Of a stretch of DNA of 64,000 nucleotides, positions 16,783 through 26,408 are shown piece after piece. The number at the start of each line of letters is the position of its first letter. Position 1 is the first letter of the stretch. The stretch is from Candidatus Brocadiia bacterium. GTDB lineage: Bacteria; Planctomycetota; Brocadiia; CAIUPP01. The stretch lies in the NCBI GenBank assembly GCA_050015075.1, contig JBEKCB010000018.1, forward strand, positions 1 to 64,000, given 5' to 3'. A program made the translations under genes and the position numbers. The notes beneath the pieces were generated by a model. The model had not been told where the DNA came from, made no database searches, and was given only the letters and a program-made list of their open reading frames with translations.

Positions 16783-18927
16783 TTGGTCCGATTTGCGTTG
16801 ACGATTTTTCTGGGCGCGTTCCTGTTGTTCCAGGTGCAGCCGCTCGTCAGCAAGCGCATCCTGCCGTGGTTCGGCGGCAGCCCGGCGGTGTGGACGACCT
16901 GCATGCTCTTTTTCCAGCTCCTGCTGCTGGGCGGCTATGTGTATGCGCACCTGATCGGCACGCGCCTGGGACAGCGCCGGCAGGTCGTCGTGCACCTGGC
17001 GGTGCTCGGGGCGGCGGTGCTGGCATTGCCGCTGCTTTTCCTGCCGCTCTACATGGGCGGCTCGTGGAAGCCGTCGAGTCCGGATTCGCCGACGTGGCGG
17101 ATCGCGTGGCTGCTGGCGGTGACGGTCGGCCTGCCGTTTTTCGCGCTCAGCTCGACGAGTCCCCTGTTGCAGAAGTGGTTCACGCTCGCGCGGCCGCAGG
17201 GCGCGGTCTACCGGCTGTACGCGCTCTCGAACGTCGGCTCGCTGCTGGCGCTGGTGACTTTCCCGGTGGTCATGGAGCCGCTGCTGAGCGCGCGCACGCT
17301 GGCGATCGCGTGGGCGGCGGGTTTCGCCGGATTCGTCCTGCTGTGCGCGTGGTCGGGCCTAGGTGCGCTGCGGGCCGGCGTGCCTGCGGAGCGCGCCGCC
17401 GGGAGCGACTCCGCCGCGGCAGGCTCGCCGCAGGATGAGCGCGTGCCCGCGCCGGTCTGGCTCCTCTGGCTGCTGCTGCCGGCGTGCGCCTCCATCATGC
17501 TCCTGGCCGTGACCAACGCCATGTGCCAGGACATCGCCGTGGTCCCGTTCCTGTGGGTGCTGCCGCTGGGACTCTATCTGCTGTCGTTCATCATCTGCTT
17601 CGACAGCGAGCGCTGGTACTATCGCCCGGTCTTCTGGCCTCTGATGATCGGCATGATCGTGTACATGTGCTGCGTGCTTCCCGCCGGCGCCGACGCGGAC
17701 CTGGCGGTGCAGATCAGCGGCTTCTCGATGGGGCTGTTCGCCTGCGCAATGGTCTGCCACGGCGAGCTGGTGCGGCTGAGGCCGGGCCCGCGGCGTCTGA
17801 CGGCGTTCTACCTCATGGTCGCCGCCGGCGGCGCCCTCGGCGGCGTGTTCGTCACGCTCGTGGCGCCGCTCATCTTCAAGACGTACGTGGAACTGCACGC
17901 GGGCATCTGGCTTTCGGCGGCCGTGGCGCTGGCGGCGCTCGTGTACAGCCTGCGGTATCGCCTGCCGGACGCGCGGTGGGCGCGTGTGGTCCGTCGCTTC
18001 CCGGCCTGGCTGCGCTGGAGCGGCATTTCGCTCGCCGCGGCCGGGCTGGTCTGGCTGGGCGTGCGCCTGGTGCAGTTCGCGGTCCAGGCGCAGCAGAACA
18101 TACAGGGACAGCAGAAGATTATCTGCACCACGCGCAACTTCTACGGCGTTCTCAGAGTGATCGAAAAGCAGCCGGATGACCCCGAAAAGCACTCCTTCTG
18201 GCTGCAGCACGGCCGGATCACCCACGGCGTACAATATACCGGCAGCCTCCGCCGCACGCCGGTGAGTTACTACGGCAAAGAGACCGGCCTCGGGCTGGCG
18301 CTGGATTATTACCCGCGCCGCGACGGCATCTGCGTCTGGGCGATCGGCATGGGCACCGCGACGCTGGCGGCGTATGGGCAGCCCGGCGACCTCTACCGCT
18401 TCTTCGAGATCAACTCCAACGTCGTGGACCTGACGCAGAACAAGGGATACTTCACCTACTTCACCGACAGCCCCGCGCAGTGCGAGGTGGTCATGGGCGA
18501 CGGGCGCCTCTCCATCGAGCGCGAGCCGCCGGACCAGCGCTTCGACGTCCTCGTCCTCGACGCCTTCAGCAGCGATGCCATCCCGGTGCACCTGCTCACG
18601 CGCGAGGCATTCGAGATCTACCTGCGCCACATGAACCCCGGCGGCATCATCGCCGTCCACATCTCCAATCGGCATCTGAACCTCGAGCCGGTCGTCGTCG
18701 GGCTGGCGGACTGGTTCCACCTGCAGATGGTCTCCCGCGAGACGACGCCCGATGCGTACGACGTCCAGTTCAACACGCAGTGGATACTTCTGACCAACAA
18801 CGAGGAGTTCCTGACCACGCCCGAGGTCCAGGACGGCGCGGAGGAGATCACCGCGCGCCCGTGCTACTGGACGGATGACTTCAGCAACCTCTTCACGATC
18901 ATCCGTTGGCAGCAGGACCGGCGCTGA
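16783..18927 (+). CDS. Fused membrane / spermidine-synthase-like protein
   Basis: FLLFQVQPL, LPWFGGS, LYALSNVGS, HG...HG.Q, GDGRL and DAFSSDAIPVHLLT motifs. Confidence 0.85.
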   Translation: MVRFALTIFLGAFLLFQVQPLVSKRILPWFGGSPAVWTTCMLFFQLLLLGGYVYAHLIGTRLGQRRQVVVHLAVLGAAVLALPLLFLPLYMGGSWKPSSPDSPTWRIAWLLAVTVGLPFFALSSTSPLLQKWFTLARPQGAVYRLYALSNVGSLLALVTFPVVMEPLLSARTLAIAWAAGFAGFVLLCAWSGLGALRAGVPAERAAGSDSAAAGSPQDERVPAPVWLLWLLLPACASIMLLAVTNAMCQDIAVVPFLWVLPLGLYLLSFIICFDSERWYYRPVFWPLMIGMIVYMCCVLPAGADADLAVQISGFSMGLFACAMVCHGELVRLRPGPRRLTAFYLMVAAGGALGGVFVTLVAPLIFKTYVELHAGIWLSAAVALAALVYSLRYRLPDARWARVVRRFPAWLRWSGISLAAAGLVWLGVRLVQFAVQAQQNIQGQQKIICTTRNFYGVLRVIEKQPDDPEKHSFWLQHGRITHGVQYTGSLRRTPVSYYGKETGLGLALDYYPRRDGICVWAIGMGTATLAAYGQPGDLYRFFEINSNVVDLTQNKGYFTYFTDSPAQCEVVMGDGRLSIEREPPDQRFDVLVLDAFSSDAIPVHLLTREAFEIYLRHMNPGGIIAVHISNRHLNLEPVVVGLADWFHLQMVSRETTPDAYDVQFNTQWILLTNNEEFLTTPEVQDGAEEITARPCYWTDDFSNLFTIIRWQQDRR

Positions 18928-18978
18928 CGGCGCGCGGCTTCAACAGTCCTCGGAAGGGTCCGAGCGTCAACGCCGCTT

Positions 18979-19551
18979 TCACCGAAATTTCTTCAGCAAC
19001 CACGCCATATTCTCGCCGAGGGTTTTCATCGTGCCGACGGCTTCGACGTCCTTTTCGACCTCGCCTTTCTCCCGCCCGAGCGCCAGGTTCCAGTAATTGG
19101 AGCCGGGGACGATCATCTCGCTGATCAGGAAAAAGTGATTCATCGTGTCGAAGGCGTGGATCGCGCCGGCCTTGCGCGCCACCGAGATCGCGGCGCCGAC
19201 TTTGCGCCGGAGGAAATTGCCGTTCGCGCGCGCCACGAAGCCGCCGCGGTCCATGAGCGCCTTCGTCTCGGAGGTCACGTCGGCGAAATAGGTCGGCGAG
19301 GCGAGGATGATCCCGTCGGCCTGGCGCATTTTCTCGATGCAGCCATTGACCACGTCGTCCTCCAGCGCGCAGCGACCGTTCTTCCGCTTGAAGCACTCGA
19401 AGCAGGCGATGCAGCCGTGCACCAGGTTCCCGCCGAGCTGCACGATTTCCGTCTCGATGCCCTCCTTCTGCAGCGCGCCGAAGACGTGGTTGATCAGGCA
19501 AAACGTGTTCCCGTCCTTGCGCGGGCTTCCGTTGAATGCGACGACTTTCAT
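18979..19551 (-). CDS. Flavodoxin-family iron-sulfur flavoprotein
   Basis: NGSPRKDGNT, C-X2-C-X2-C and SPTYF motifs. Confidence 0.9.
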   Translation of the reverse strand: MKVVAFNGSPRKDGNTFCLINHVFGALQKEGIETEIVQLGGNLVHGCIACFECFKRKNGRCALEDDVVNGCIEKMRQADGIILASPTYFADVTSETKALMDRGGFVARANGNFLRRKVGAAISVARKAGAIHAFDTMNHFFLISEMIVPGSNYWNLALGREKGEVEKDVEAVGTMKTLGENMAWLLKKFR

Positions 19552-19577
19552 GATTTCCCCTTTCGCCATGAGCCACA

Positions 19578-19655
19578 GGATACGGACGACGATGGACGAT
19601 AGACTATGCAGTATCGTCCATCGTCTATCGTCTATCGTCCATAGTCTATCGTCCT
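19578..19655. repeat. Heptamer-repeat palindrome (GACGATR)n/(YATCGTC)n
   Basis: gacgatggacgatagactatg...atcgtccatcgtctatcgtctatcgtccatagtctatcgtc. Confidence 0.85.
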
Positions 19656-19660
19656 TCCGT

Positions 19661-20638
19661 TCACAGCGGCAGCCGCACGCCGACCTTGCGCTCTAAAGCC
19701 TTCTGGTACAGCGCTTTAGCGGTGACCATGTCGTCCACGGCGATGCCCATGTTCATGGAGAAAATCCGCTCCGTCGCGCTCTCGCGGCCTTTCTTGAGGC
19801 CGGCGGCGAGTTCGCCGAGGTCGGCGTAAATCTTCTCCGGGATGCCGCCGAAATACACGCCGTGCTCGCGGGTGCTCAGGAGCTGGCCGGTATCGTCGGT
19901 GACGAACTTGCCGCACTGCTTCATGGCCGCGCCGGTCCAGGCCGAATCGTAGTCGAGCGAGACGGCGAGTCCGCCGCTCTTGAGCAGGCCGGCGTCGAGC
20001 GGCGGTTCGGGCTTGGTGACGATGGGGATCGCGGAGACGATCACGTCGGCGCCGAGCGCCATCTCCGCCGGGCTGTTGCACGGCGTGAACTTCAGCCGGC
20101 CGAACCGCGCGGACATCTCGCGGATGAACGCATCCGTCGAGGCCGGACGAAGATCGTGACAGCGCACCTCGCGCAGTTTCGGCAGCGTCTCGACCAGCGC
20201 CATGAGGCTGGCGCGCGCCTGGACGCCGCAGCCGATGATCCCTGCGACGGCGCTGTCGGTCCGCGCCAGGTACTTCGCCGAGATGCCGACGCTCGCGCCG
20301 GTCCGCATCGCCGTGATCCACGCGCAGTCCATCACCGCGATCGGGATGCCCGTCTCCGGGTCATTCAGCACCAGCAAGCCGCTGATGTACGGCAGCCCCT
20401 TGGCCATGTTCGGCGGATAGCCGCTCACCCATTTCAAGCCGGCGGCCTCGACCTCGCGCACGTAGGCGGGCATCGCGTGGATGAAGCAGTCCGCGCGCGG
20501 ATGGATCCCCGGCTTCGGCGGCATCTCGGTCCGGCCGAGCCCCTTCAGGCGAAACCCGTTCTCCACCGCCTCAAGCACTTCCGCCATGGTCATGCCGAGG
20601 GACTCGACGGCGCTGCGGCTCAGATAGATGATCTCCAC
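19661..20638 (-). CDS. Ornithine cyclodeaminase / mu-crystallin family protein
   Basis: AMPA, GLKWVS, ITAMRTGA, GIIGCGVQA and G.A..D motifs. Confidence 0.9.
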   Translation of the reverse strand: MEIIYLSRSAVESLGMTMAEVLEAVENGFRLKGLGRTEMPPKPGIHPRADCFIHAMPAYVREVEAAGLKWVSGYPPNMAKGLPYISGLLVLNDPETGIPIAVMDCAWITAMRTGASVGISAKYLARTDSAVAGIIGCGVQARASLMALVETLPKLREVRCHDLRPASTDAFIREMSARFGRLKFTPCNSPAEMALGADVIVSAIPIVTKPEPPLDAGLLKSGGLAVSLDYDSAWTGAAMKQCGKFVTDDTGQLLSTREHGVYFGGIPEKIYADLGELAAGLKKGRESATERIFSMNMGIAVDDMVTAKALYQKALERKVGVRLPL

Positions 20639-20725
20639 GATCGTCCTCCGTTTCCATGGAATCGTCAACGCGACGGCTTCGATTATATCACTCGGAGCGG
20701 CGCACGATAAATGATGGTCCGCGGT

Positions 20726-21676
20726 CTATCGCCAGTCCTCCGCCGGCGGCCTATCGTCCCTCCGTTCAACCACGGAGAACTTGCAGATGACGGCGCCGGC
20801 GATGACCAGCCCGCAACCGAGCCACAGCGCGCGCGTCAGCGGGACGCGCAGATACAGCGAGCTGATGACCGTCGAGAAGAGCGGCAGCAGGTACGAGAAG
20901 GACGCGACGAAGACCATCCGCCCGCGGCGCATGGCGATGTCCCAGAACGGATAGGCCAGGCCGATCGGGAAGATGACATAGAGCGCCATTTTTACGGCGA
21001 TGTCCGGGCTCCAGTGCGGGTGCTCGTGGAAAAAGCAGCGCGCGAGGAGCAGGACCAGCCCGCTCGCGACCATGAACAGATTCATCGCCCCGCCGCCGGC
21101 GTCCGCGGCCCAGCGGCGGCTGAGGTTGGAATAGAGCGCCCAGGCGACCGCCGCCGCGAGCGCGAGCAGATACGGCGCAGCGTTCGCGCGCAGGTCGGCC
21201 GTGAATCCCGACCAGGACAGGACCTGGTTCTGCGCACTGGCGACGAGAGCGATGCCCGCGAAGGCGATCAGCACGCCGGGGACGAGGCCGATGCGCGCGC
21301 GATCGCCCAGGATCGGCATGGCGAGCAAGAGCGTCAGCACCGGCCATAGGTAGTTGATCAAACCGACCTCGACGGCCTGCGCGCGGTCAGCGGCCAGCCC
21401 CACGGCCAGGAAGAAGCAGAGGACGTAGAGTACGACCAGTCCGCCGCAGCCGAACAGGTACGCGCGCGGCAGCCGGAGCATCCGCTGGATGCGTTCCGGC
21501 CGGATGAGCAGCGGAAGACTGCTCAGCACGCCGCCGGCCAGGTAAAGCACGGCGCTCGCCGTCAGCGGTCCCAGGCATTCGACGATGTCCCGCGCGACCG
21601 CCACCGTCGTGCTCCAGAACAGCACCGCCAGGATGCCCGCGACGGTGGGCAGATGTTTGGACGAGGAAGACTGCAT
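20726..21676 (-). CDS. DMT-family exporter, YddG-like
   Basis: About 10 TM segments; AVEVGLINYLWPVLT and SYLLPLFST. Confidence 0.85.
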   Translation of the reverse strand: MQSSSSKHLPTVAGILAVLFWSTTVAVARDIVECLGPLTASAVLYLAGGVLSSLPLLIRPERIQRMLRLPRAYLFGCGGLVVLYVLCFFLAVGLAADRAQAVEVGLINYLWPVLTLLLAMPILGDRARIGLVPGVLIAFAGIALVASAQNQVLSWSGFTADLRANAAPYLLALAAAVAWALYSNLSRRWAADAGGGAMNLFMVASGLVLLLARCFFHEHPHWSPDIAVKMALYVIFPIGLAYPFWDIAMRRGRMVFVASFSYLLPLFSTVISSLYLRVPLTRALWLGCGLVIAGAVICKFSVVERRDDRPPAEDWR

Positions 21677-21804
21677 CCGGCGCTTTCCTTGAGGGCTGAT
21701 GGAAGTTCGAAGGAAAAGACCAGGAACAAAGGCGGCATCTTACATGGACCCGGCGGCTCGGAGCAAGTGCTTCGACGCGCGCCGCCGGACGCCCTGTTCT
21801 CCGA

Positions 21805-22998
21805 TCAGATTGCCCGGAGCGCCCTGACCATCGCCAGCACATTCTCCGCCGGGACGTCCGGTTGGATATTGTGAACCTGCGTAAAGACAAATCCTCCATG
21901 CGCTCCGAAGATCGCCGCGTTTCGGCGCACTTCCCGGCCGACCTGCGCCGCGGAGGCGCGGTTCAACGTGCGCTGGGTGTCGCACCCGCCGCCCCAGAAG
22001 ACGATGTCCTTGCCGAATTCGCGCTTGAGCTGCGCTGGGTCCATGCCGGCCGCCGAAATCTGCACGGGGTTGATCGCCTGCACGCCGCATTCGATCAGGT
22101 CCGGAAGAAACTCCGCGATGGCCCCGCAGGAGTGCAAAAGCAAGACGCCGTCGAAAACTTGCCTGAGATGGCCGAAGAACCGCTTCTGGTACGGCCGGAT
22201 CATTTCCCGGTACGTGCTCAGAGAGATGATCGGCCCGTTCTGCGTTCCGAGATCGTCGTTGACGAGAATGACATCCAGATACGGACCGAGTGTTTTCACA
22301 TAGCGATCGGCGCGGCGCATGTACGCGGCGCAGAGCGCATCGAGGAGCGCGTGGGCCAGCGCCTTCTCGGCCACGAGATCGCACATGAAATTCTCGTAAC
22401 CTCGAAGCGCTTCGCCGGCGGCCAGAAGGTGGCAGGCGAGGTTGCCGACCACGGCGCGACCGGTGGCGTGCAGGCGCCGGGCTCGGGCGGCGCGCTCTTC
22501 CCACGTTTCGTCGGAGAATCCTGGCACGTCGAAGTTCACAATGCAGGGCGCCGCGGGGTCCACCTGCGATGCGGACGTCAAGCTCCTGAGCGGCGCGTCG
22601 CACCACTCAAAATAGAATCCCTCCGCCGGCATGCGCGCCAGCAGGCTTCCGCCGTCACCGCGCACCTCGCGCGAGCCGTCCGGCAAGAACTTCTCGTTCC
22701 AAAGTCCGGGGACTTCGCACGCCGATCCATCGGGCAGGGTTGACCGCTTCCACGTTCTCGGCTCCCAATTCAGCGATACCGCGTCAATCTCCAGCGCGTC
22801 CAGGATGGCGGGTTCGATCAGGGACAATTGCTGGTACGGGTCGTAGATCCTCGGCGCGCCGCCGAGCCCCAGGGCCGCTTTCAGACGGGCATAGGCAATC
22901 CCGGTCATGCCCGAGGAGTCCGTAGCGCCGATGTCGAGGGGGATCCGGTCCGGCGCCTTGTGAGCCAGCGCCGCCTTAACGCGCTCCCGGGAATTCAT
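21805..22998 (-). CDS. Uroporphyrinogen decarboxylase family (methyltransferase-like) protein
   Basis: MNSRERV..AL.H..PDRIP.D, DDLGTQ, HSCG, NPVQ.SA and HNIQ.DVP.EN. Confidence 0.9.
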   Translation of the reverse strand: MNSRERVKAALAHKAPDRIPLDIGATDSSGMTGIAYARLKAALGLGGAPRIYDPYQQLSLIEPAILDALEIDAVSLNWEPRTWKRSTLPDGSACEVPGLWNEKFLPDGSREVRGDGGSLLARMPAEGFYFEWCDAPLRSLTSASQVDPAAPCIVNFDVPGFSDETWEERAARARRLHATGRAVVGNLACHLLAAGEALRGYENFMCDLVAEKALAHALLDALCAAYMRRADRYVKTLGPYLDVILVNDDLGTQNGPIISLSTYREMIRPYQKRFFGHLRQVFDGVLLLHSCGAIAEFLPDLIECGVQAINPVQISAAGMDPAQLKREFGKDIVFWGGGCDTQRTLNRASAAQVGREVRRNAAIFGAHGGFVFTQVHNIQPDVPAENVLAMVRALRAI

Positions 22999-23063
22999 TC
23001 TTGCGCGTGTCCAATGTCCAGTTGTGTGAAGCGTTGCGCTTTCGGCGGCGGCGCATCCGGCCT

Positions 23064-24509
23064 CTATCCGCGTCGCGCCAGCGCCTGGTCCATCGCCCGG
23101 GCTTGACCCCGCGTGAATGCTTGGGGCTGGGCCGTGGACAACACTTCTTGAGCTTTGCGGCGCGCGGCGGCGTCCACCGGCTGACCGCCGGCCGCGGACC
23201 ACGCGTCATGCCGTGAGCGGTCGAAGATCTGCGGATACCACACCTCGCGCCGGAAGTGCTTCACCGTGTGCGGATGGCTCATGAAGTCGCCCTGCGGGCC
23301 GACGGCGTCAATGACGTCCAAAGCCAGGGCCTCGGCATTGATCTCCGTCCCCGCGCGATAGCGTTTGACCATGCCGATGATCTCGTCGGCCAGGACGATG
23401 CTCTCCATCGAGCAGCACAGTCCGGTCTCCAGGTATCCGACGTCGTGAATCAGGTTGCAGCCGTTCAGGGCGCTGACCAGAAGGGAAGCGGCCATCTCCG
23501 CTCCTGCCTGCGCGTCGAGTACTTTGGAATCCGTCGCGCCCGCGATGCAGAAGAAGGGCAGTTGGTAGTGATGGGCCAAGTCCGCGAAGGCGATGTTCAT
23601 CATCTGAAGTTCCGGCGCTCCATAGGAGAAGATCATGGTGCGCATATCCATGATGGACGCATCCGCCCCGAAGATGAACGGCGCGCCGGGGTTCTTCAAC
23701 TGATGGATCACCAGCCCGGAGAGCGCCTCGGCGTTCGCCAGGGCGATGCAGCCGGCCATGGTCACCGGGGCCGACGCCCCCATCATCGGGCTGGCGATAT
23801 AGATCATCGGCATCCGGTGCTCGGCGCAGAACAGCAGCTTGCCCGTTCCGTTCGGAGTGTGGTGCAAGGGACTGACCGGTTCGTTGTAGTGAACGTACCG
23901 CGGCCGCTCCTCCAGGTCCCGGCGCCCGCCCCCGGTTGCAATCTCGGCCAGGGACAGGATGTCGCGCATGTCCTCCGCATCGTGTGCGGTGAACAGGACC
24001 GGTTTAGACGTGTTCCGGACCATGGCGTCGAACTGGTGGACAAAGCTCGTCAGGCGGCTGGCGTCCGATGCGATCCCCATGGACATGCAGAAATCAATGT
24101 TGGCGAGACGGTCGCAGAGGAGGGCCAGGCGGCCCACGTCCGCCTTGGTGCTGGGCCGATGCAGGCCGGTGTCGGCGTCCAGGGCGCTGGGGCAATCGGA
24201 CCCGGTGCCGTAGTAAGAGTTCCAGCCTTCGAGACGCATCGCCGGTTGGCCGGCGCGGTTATAGATCTGAATACTCTTGGGCGCGGTCTTCAGCGCGCGC
24301 TCCACGAGAACGGCCTTCATGCGGACCCGCTCGCCCTCCACCCGCGCGCCCGCCTTCTTGAGCAGGCCCAGCGCCGCCGCATCCTGCACGGCCACGCCGG
24401 TCCGGTCCAGAATTTTCAGCGCGGCCGCGTGAAGGGTCTGAATCTGTTGCTTGCCGAACAGACTCAAGGAAATTTCCGCGTGAGTGCGAAGTTTACGTGG
24501 CGTTATCAC
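23064..24509 (-). CDS. MttB-superfamily (trimethylamine methyltransferase-like) protein, non-pyrrolysine
   Basis: GASAPVTMAG, NAEALSG, TDSK.LDAQAG.E and IHDVGYLE motifs; no in-frame amber; AAGGAAG RBS before GTG 24509. Confidence 0.9.
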   Translation of the reverse strand: MITPRKLRTHAEISLSLFGKQQIQTLHAAALKILDRTGVAVQDAAALGLLKKAGARVEGERVRMKAVLVERALKTAPKSIQIYNRAGQPAMRLEGWNSYYGTGSDCPSALDADTGLHRPSTKADVGRLALLCDRLANIDFCMSMGIASDASRLTSFVHQFDAMVRNTSKPVLFTAHDAEDMRDILSLAEIATGGGRRDLEERPRYVHYNEPVSPLHHTPNGTGKLLFCAEHRMPMIYIASPMMGASAPVTMAGCIALANAEALSGLVIHQLKNPGAPFIFGADASIMDMRTMIFSYGAPELQMMNIAFADLAHHYQLPFFCIAGATDSKVLDAQAGAEMAASLLVSALNGCNLIHDVGYLETGLCCSMESIVLADEIIGMVKRYRAGTEINAEALALDVIDAVGPQGDFMSHPHTVKHFRREVWYPQIFDRSRHDAWSAAGGQPVDAAARRKAQEVLSTAQPQAFTRGQARAMDQALARRG

Positions 24510-24645
24510 AAACTTCCTTTCGCCAAGGGGAAAATGAGCGAGGGTTGCATCCGGCGCGGCCTTGCGCGTTGCCGGGTGTTCGCCGGCAAGGCGATTGAGG
24601 TCGGAGAGCCCATGCGTCCCGCGGCATCGCACGGGGCATAATGAG

Positions 24646-24718
24646 TGGCGGGGGTGGGAGTCGAACCCACACTCTTGTCCTTATGAAGAACCTGCTTTAT
24701 CCCTTAAGCTACCCCGCC
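24646..24718 (-). tRNA. tRNA with CAT anticodon (likely elongator Met; atypical)
   Basis: GGCGGGG/CCCCGCC acceptor, GCTT/AAGC D-stem, TTCATAA loop, GTGGG-TTCGACT-CCCAC T-arm; no encoded CCA. Confidence 0.85.
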
Positions 24719-24793
24719 GTGCGCTCTCGAGCAGCCTGAGCGGCAGGCTTTCAAATTATCAGGCCGGGGCGAAACTGTCAAGCGATTGCGGCT

Positions 24794-24886
24794 GCTCGTA
24801 GTGTGCCCGTCAGGGCATACGAACTAGCGCCTGACGGCGCCACTACAAGCTGCGCATGAGAATCTTCCCTGCACTCGGCATGACGC
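24794..24886. repeat. Inverted copy of the composite REP at 521-613
   Basis: gtagtgtgcccgtcagggcatacg..tagcgcctgacggcgccactacaa. Confidence 0.85.
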
Positions 24887-24937
24887 GACATCAGGCACCA
24901 CTCGCGCAGGCAACGCCGTCCGTTGTAGAATCACGCC

Positions 24938-26227
24938 ATGGAAGACTCCAGCATGAATCCCAATGTTCGCCGCGCGCAAAGCCGGACGTCCCTTGCGGCG
25001 TTCAACTGGAGCGTCGGGCTGCGGAGTTTCTACGACACCACCTGCGGCGGCGGGCTGTTCATCTTTGTCTCGTTCGCGCTCTCGCTGGGCCTGGCCAAGG
25101 AGCGCGTCGGGTTGATCACCTCGGTCGTGAGCTTTGCCTGCCTGCTGCAGGTCGTGAGCATTGCGGTGGTCAATTTCATTCCGGACAAGAAGCGGTTCAT
25201 CCTCTCGGTCGGGCTCTGCGAGCCGCTGGCGCTGATCGTCACGGCGCTGGCGACGCCGTTTCTGCCGGCGGGCCTGCGGCTCTGGGCGCTGGGCGCGGGA
25301 ATTTTTCTGGCGGGCGCCGCCTATCACCTGACGCGTCCCCTGGCGGACGATTGGCTGGTCTCGAGCATCCCGGTGGCCATCCGGCCGAGCTACCTCGGCG
25401 GGCGGTTCCGGGTGATCAGCGCATGCACGATCGTGGCGATGCTGCTGGCGGGCTGCGTGGCTGAGCGGATCGCGAAGTCCGATTCGTTCGGCCTCGGCCT
25501 GGCGCTGGCCGGCGGCGGCGTGTTCGGGGTGCTCTCCATTCTGGCGCTGCGGCGCGCGCCGATGCCGGTCCGGTCGGCGCTCGCGCGCGTCGCCTGGAAG
25601 GATGCGCGCGAGGCGCTCCGCGTCAAACCGTTCCGCAATTACCTGGCCGGGTTCTTCGTCTACAACATTCCGTTCCTGGCGGCCATCCCGTATTACCAGG
25701 TGTTCAATCTCAAAGTGCTTCAGATGAAGGAGAGCCGGATCGCGTACGTGGCCATCGGCTATCTGGGCATGAAGCTGCTCGTGACGGGATTCTGCGCGCG
25801 GGTCATTCGCCGGTACGGGATCCGGCGGGTGCTCTGGGCGTGCGGGCCGCTGTACGCGCTGTTCTTCCTGGCGTACCTCTTCTGCACGCCGGAACGCACC
25901 TGGCCGCTCTATGCGGCGTGGGCGCTGGTCGGCATTGCGGACGCGGCCTTCTCGATCGCCGCGGCGATGGCGCTTTACGATTGCGTGCCGGAGACTCCCG
26001 GGCGGCCGGTCTATTTCGCCATCGCCAACGTGCTGTCCATCGGCATTTTCTGCATCGGCGGCGTCGTGGCGGTCCCGATCCTGGAAGCTCTCCAGGGCGC
26101 GGCCGTTCAGATCGGCCCGCTCACGCTCGGGCAGTTCCACTGCCTCTACGCGATCTGCTTCATCCTGATGATCCCCGCCACGTGCGGCGCGGCGTTTTTC
26201 CCTGCACGTGAAAGGTCCCTCGAGTAG
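24938..26227 (+). CDS. MFS transporter
   Basis: About 12 TM segments; 'W.....P...R..Y.G.R'. Confidence 0.8.
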   Translation: MEDSSMNPNVRRAQSRTSLAAFNWSVGLRSFYDTTCGGGLFIFVSFALSLGLAKERVGLITSVVSFACLLQVVSIAVVNFIPDKKRFILSVGLCEPLALIVTALATPFLPAGLRLWALGAGIFLAGAAYHLTRPLADDWLVSSIPVAIRPSYLGGRFRVISACTIVAMLLAGCVAERIAKSDSFGLGLALAGGGVFGVLSILALRRAPMPVRSALARVAWKDAREALRVKPFRNYLAGFFVYNIPFLAAIPYYQVFNLKVLQMKESRIAYVAIGYLGMKLLVTGFCARVIRRYGIRRVLWACGPLYALFFLAYLFCTPERTWPLYAAWALVGIADAAFSIAAAMALYDCVPETPGRPVYFAIANVLSIGIFCIGGVVAVPILEALQGAAVQIGPLTLGQFHCLYAICFILMIPATCGAAFFPARERSLE

Positions 26228-26242
26228 CCGGACACGTGTACG

Positions 26243-26400
26243 AACCACCGAGACACCAAAGCACCAAGAACGCCAAATGATAATGCAACCACGGAACACA
26301 CGGAAGACACTGAAACTGTTTAGCAAAGCCTTTCGGTGTGCTCCGTGTATTCCGTGGTGGAAGCCGTTGTCTCTTTGTGCCTTGGTGTCTTGGCGGTAAA
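26243..26400. repeat. Nested palindrome: outer 8-mer (CACCAAGR)x3 arms, inner 9-mer (CACGGAANA)x3 arms
   Basis: Directly visible; near-identical inverted copy at 49920-50070. Confidence 0.9.
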
Positions 26401-26408
26401 TGCGGCGC

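Noticed and set aside
23064-24509. Pyrrolysine recoding in the MttB homologue, with the adjacent tRNA as pylT
   Set aside because: The ORF has no in-frame TAG, and the tRNA anticodon is CAT, not CTA.
26243-26400. Periodic repeats as a possible CRISPR array
   Set aside because: Units are 6-10 nt arranged as inverted arms with no unique 30-40 nt spacers, and there are no cas genes.
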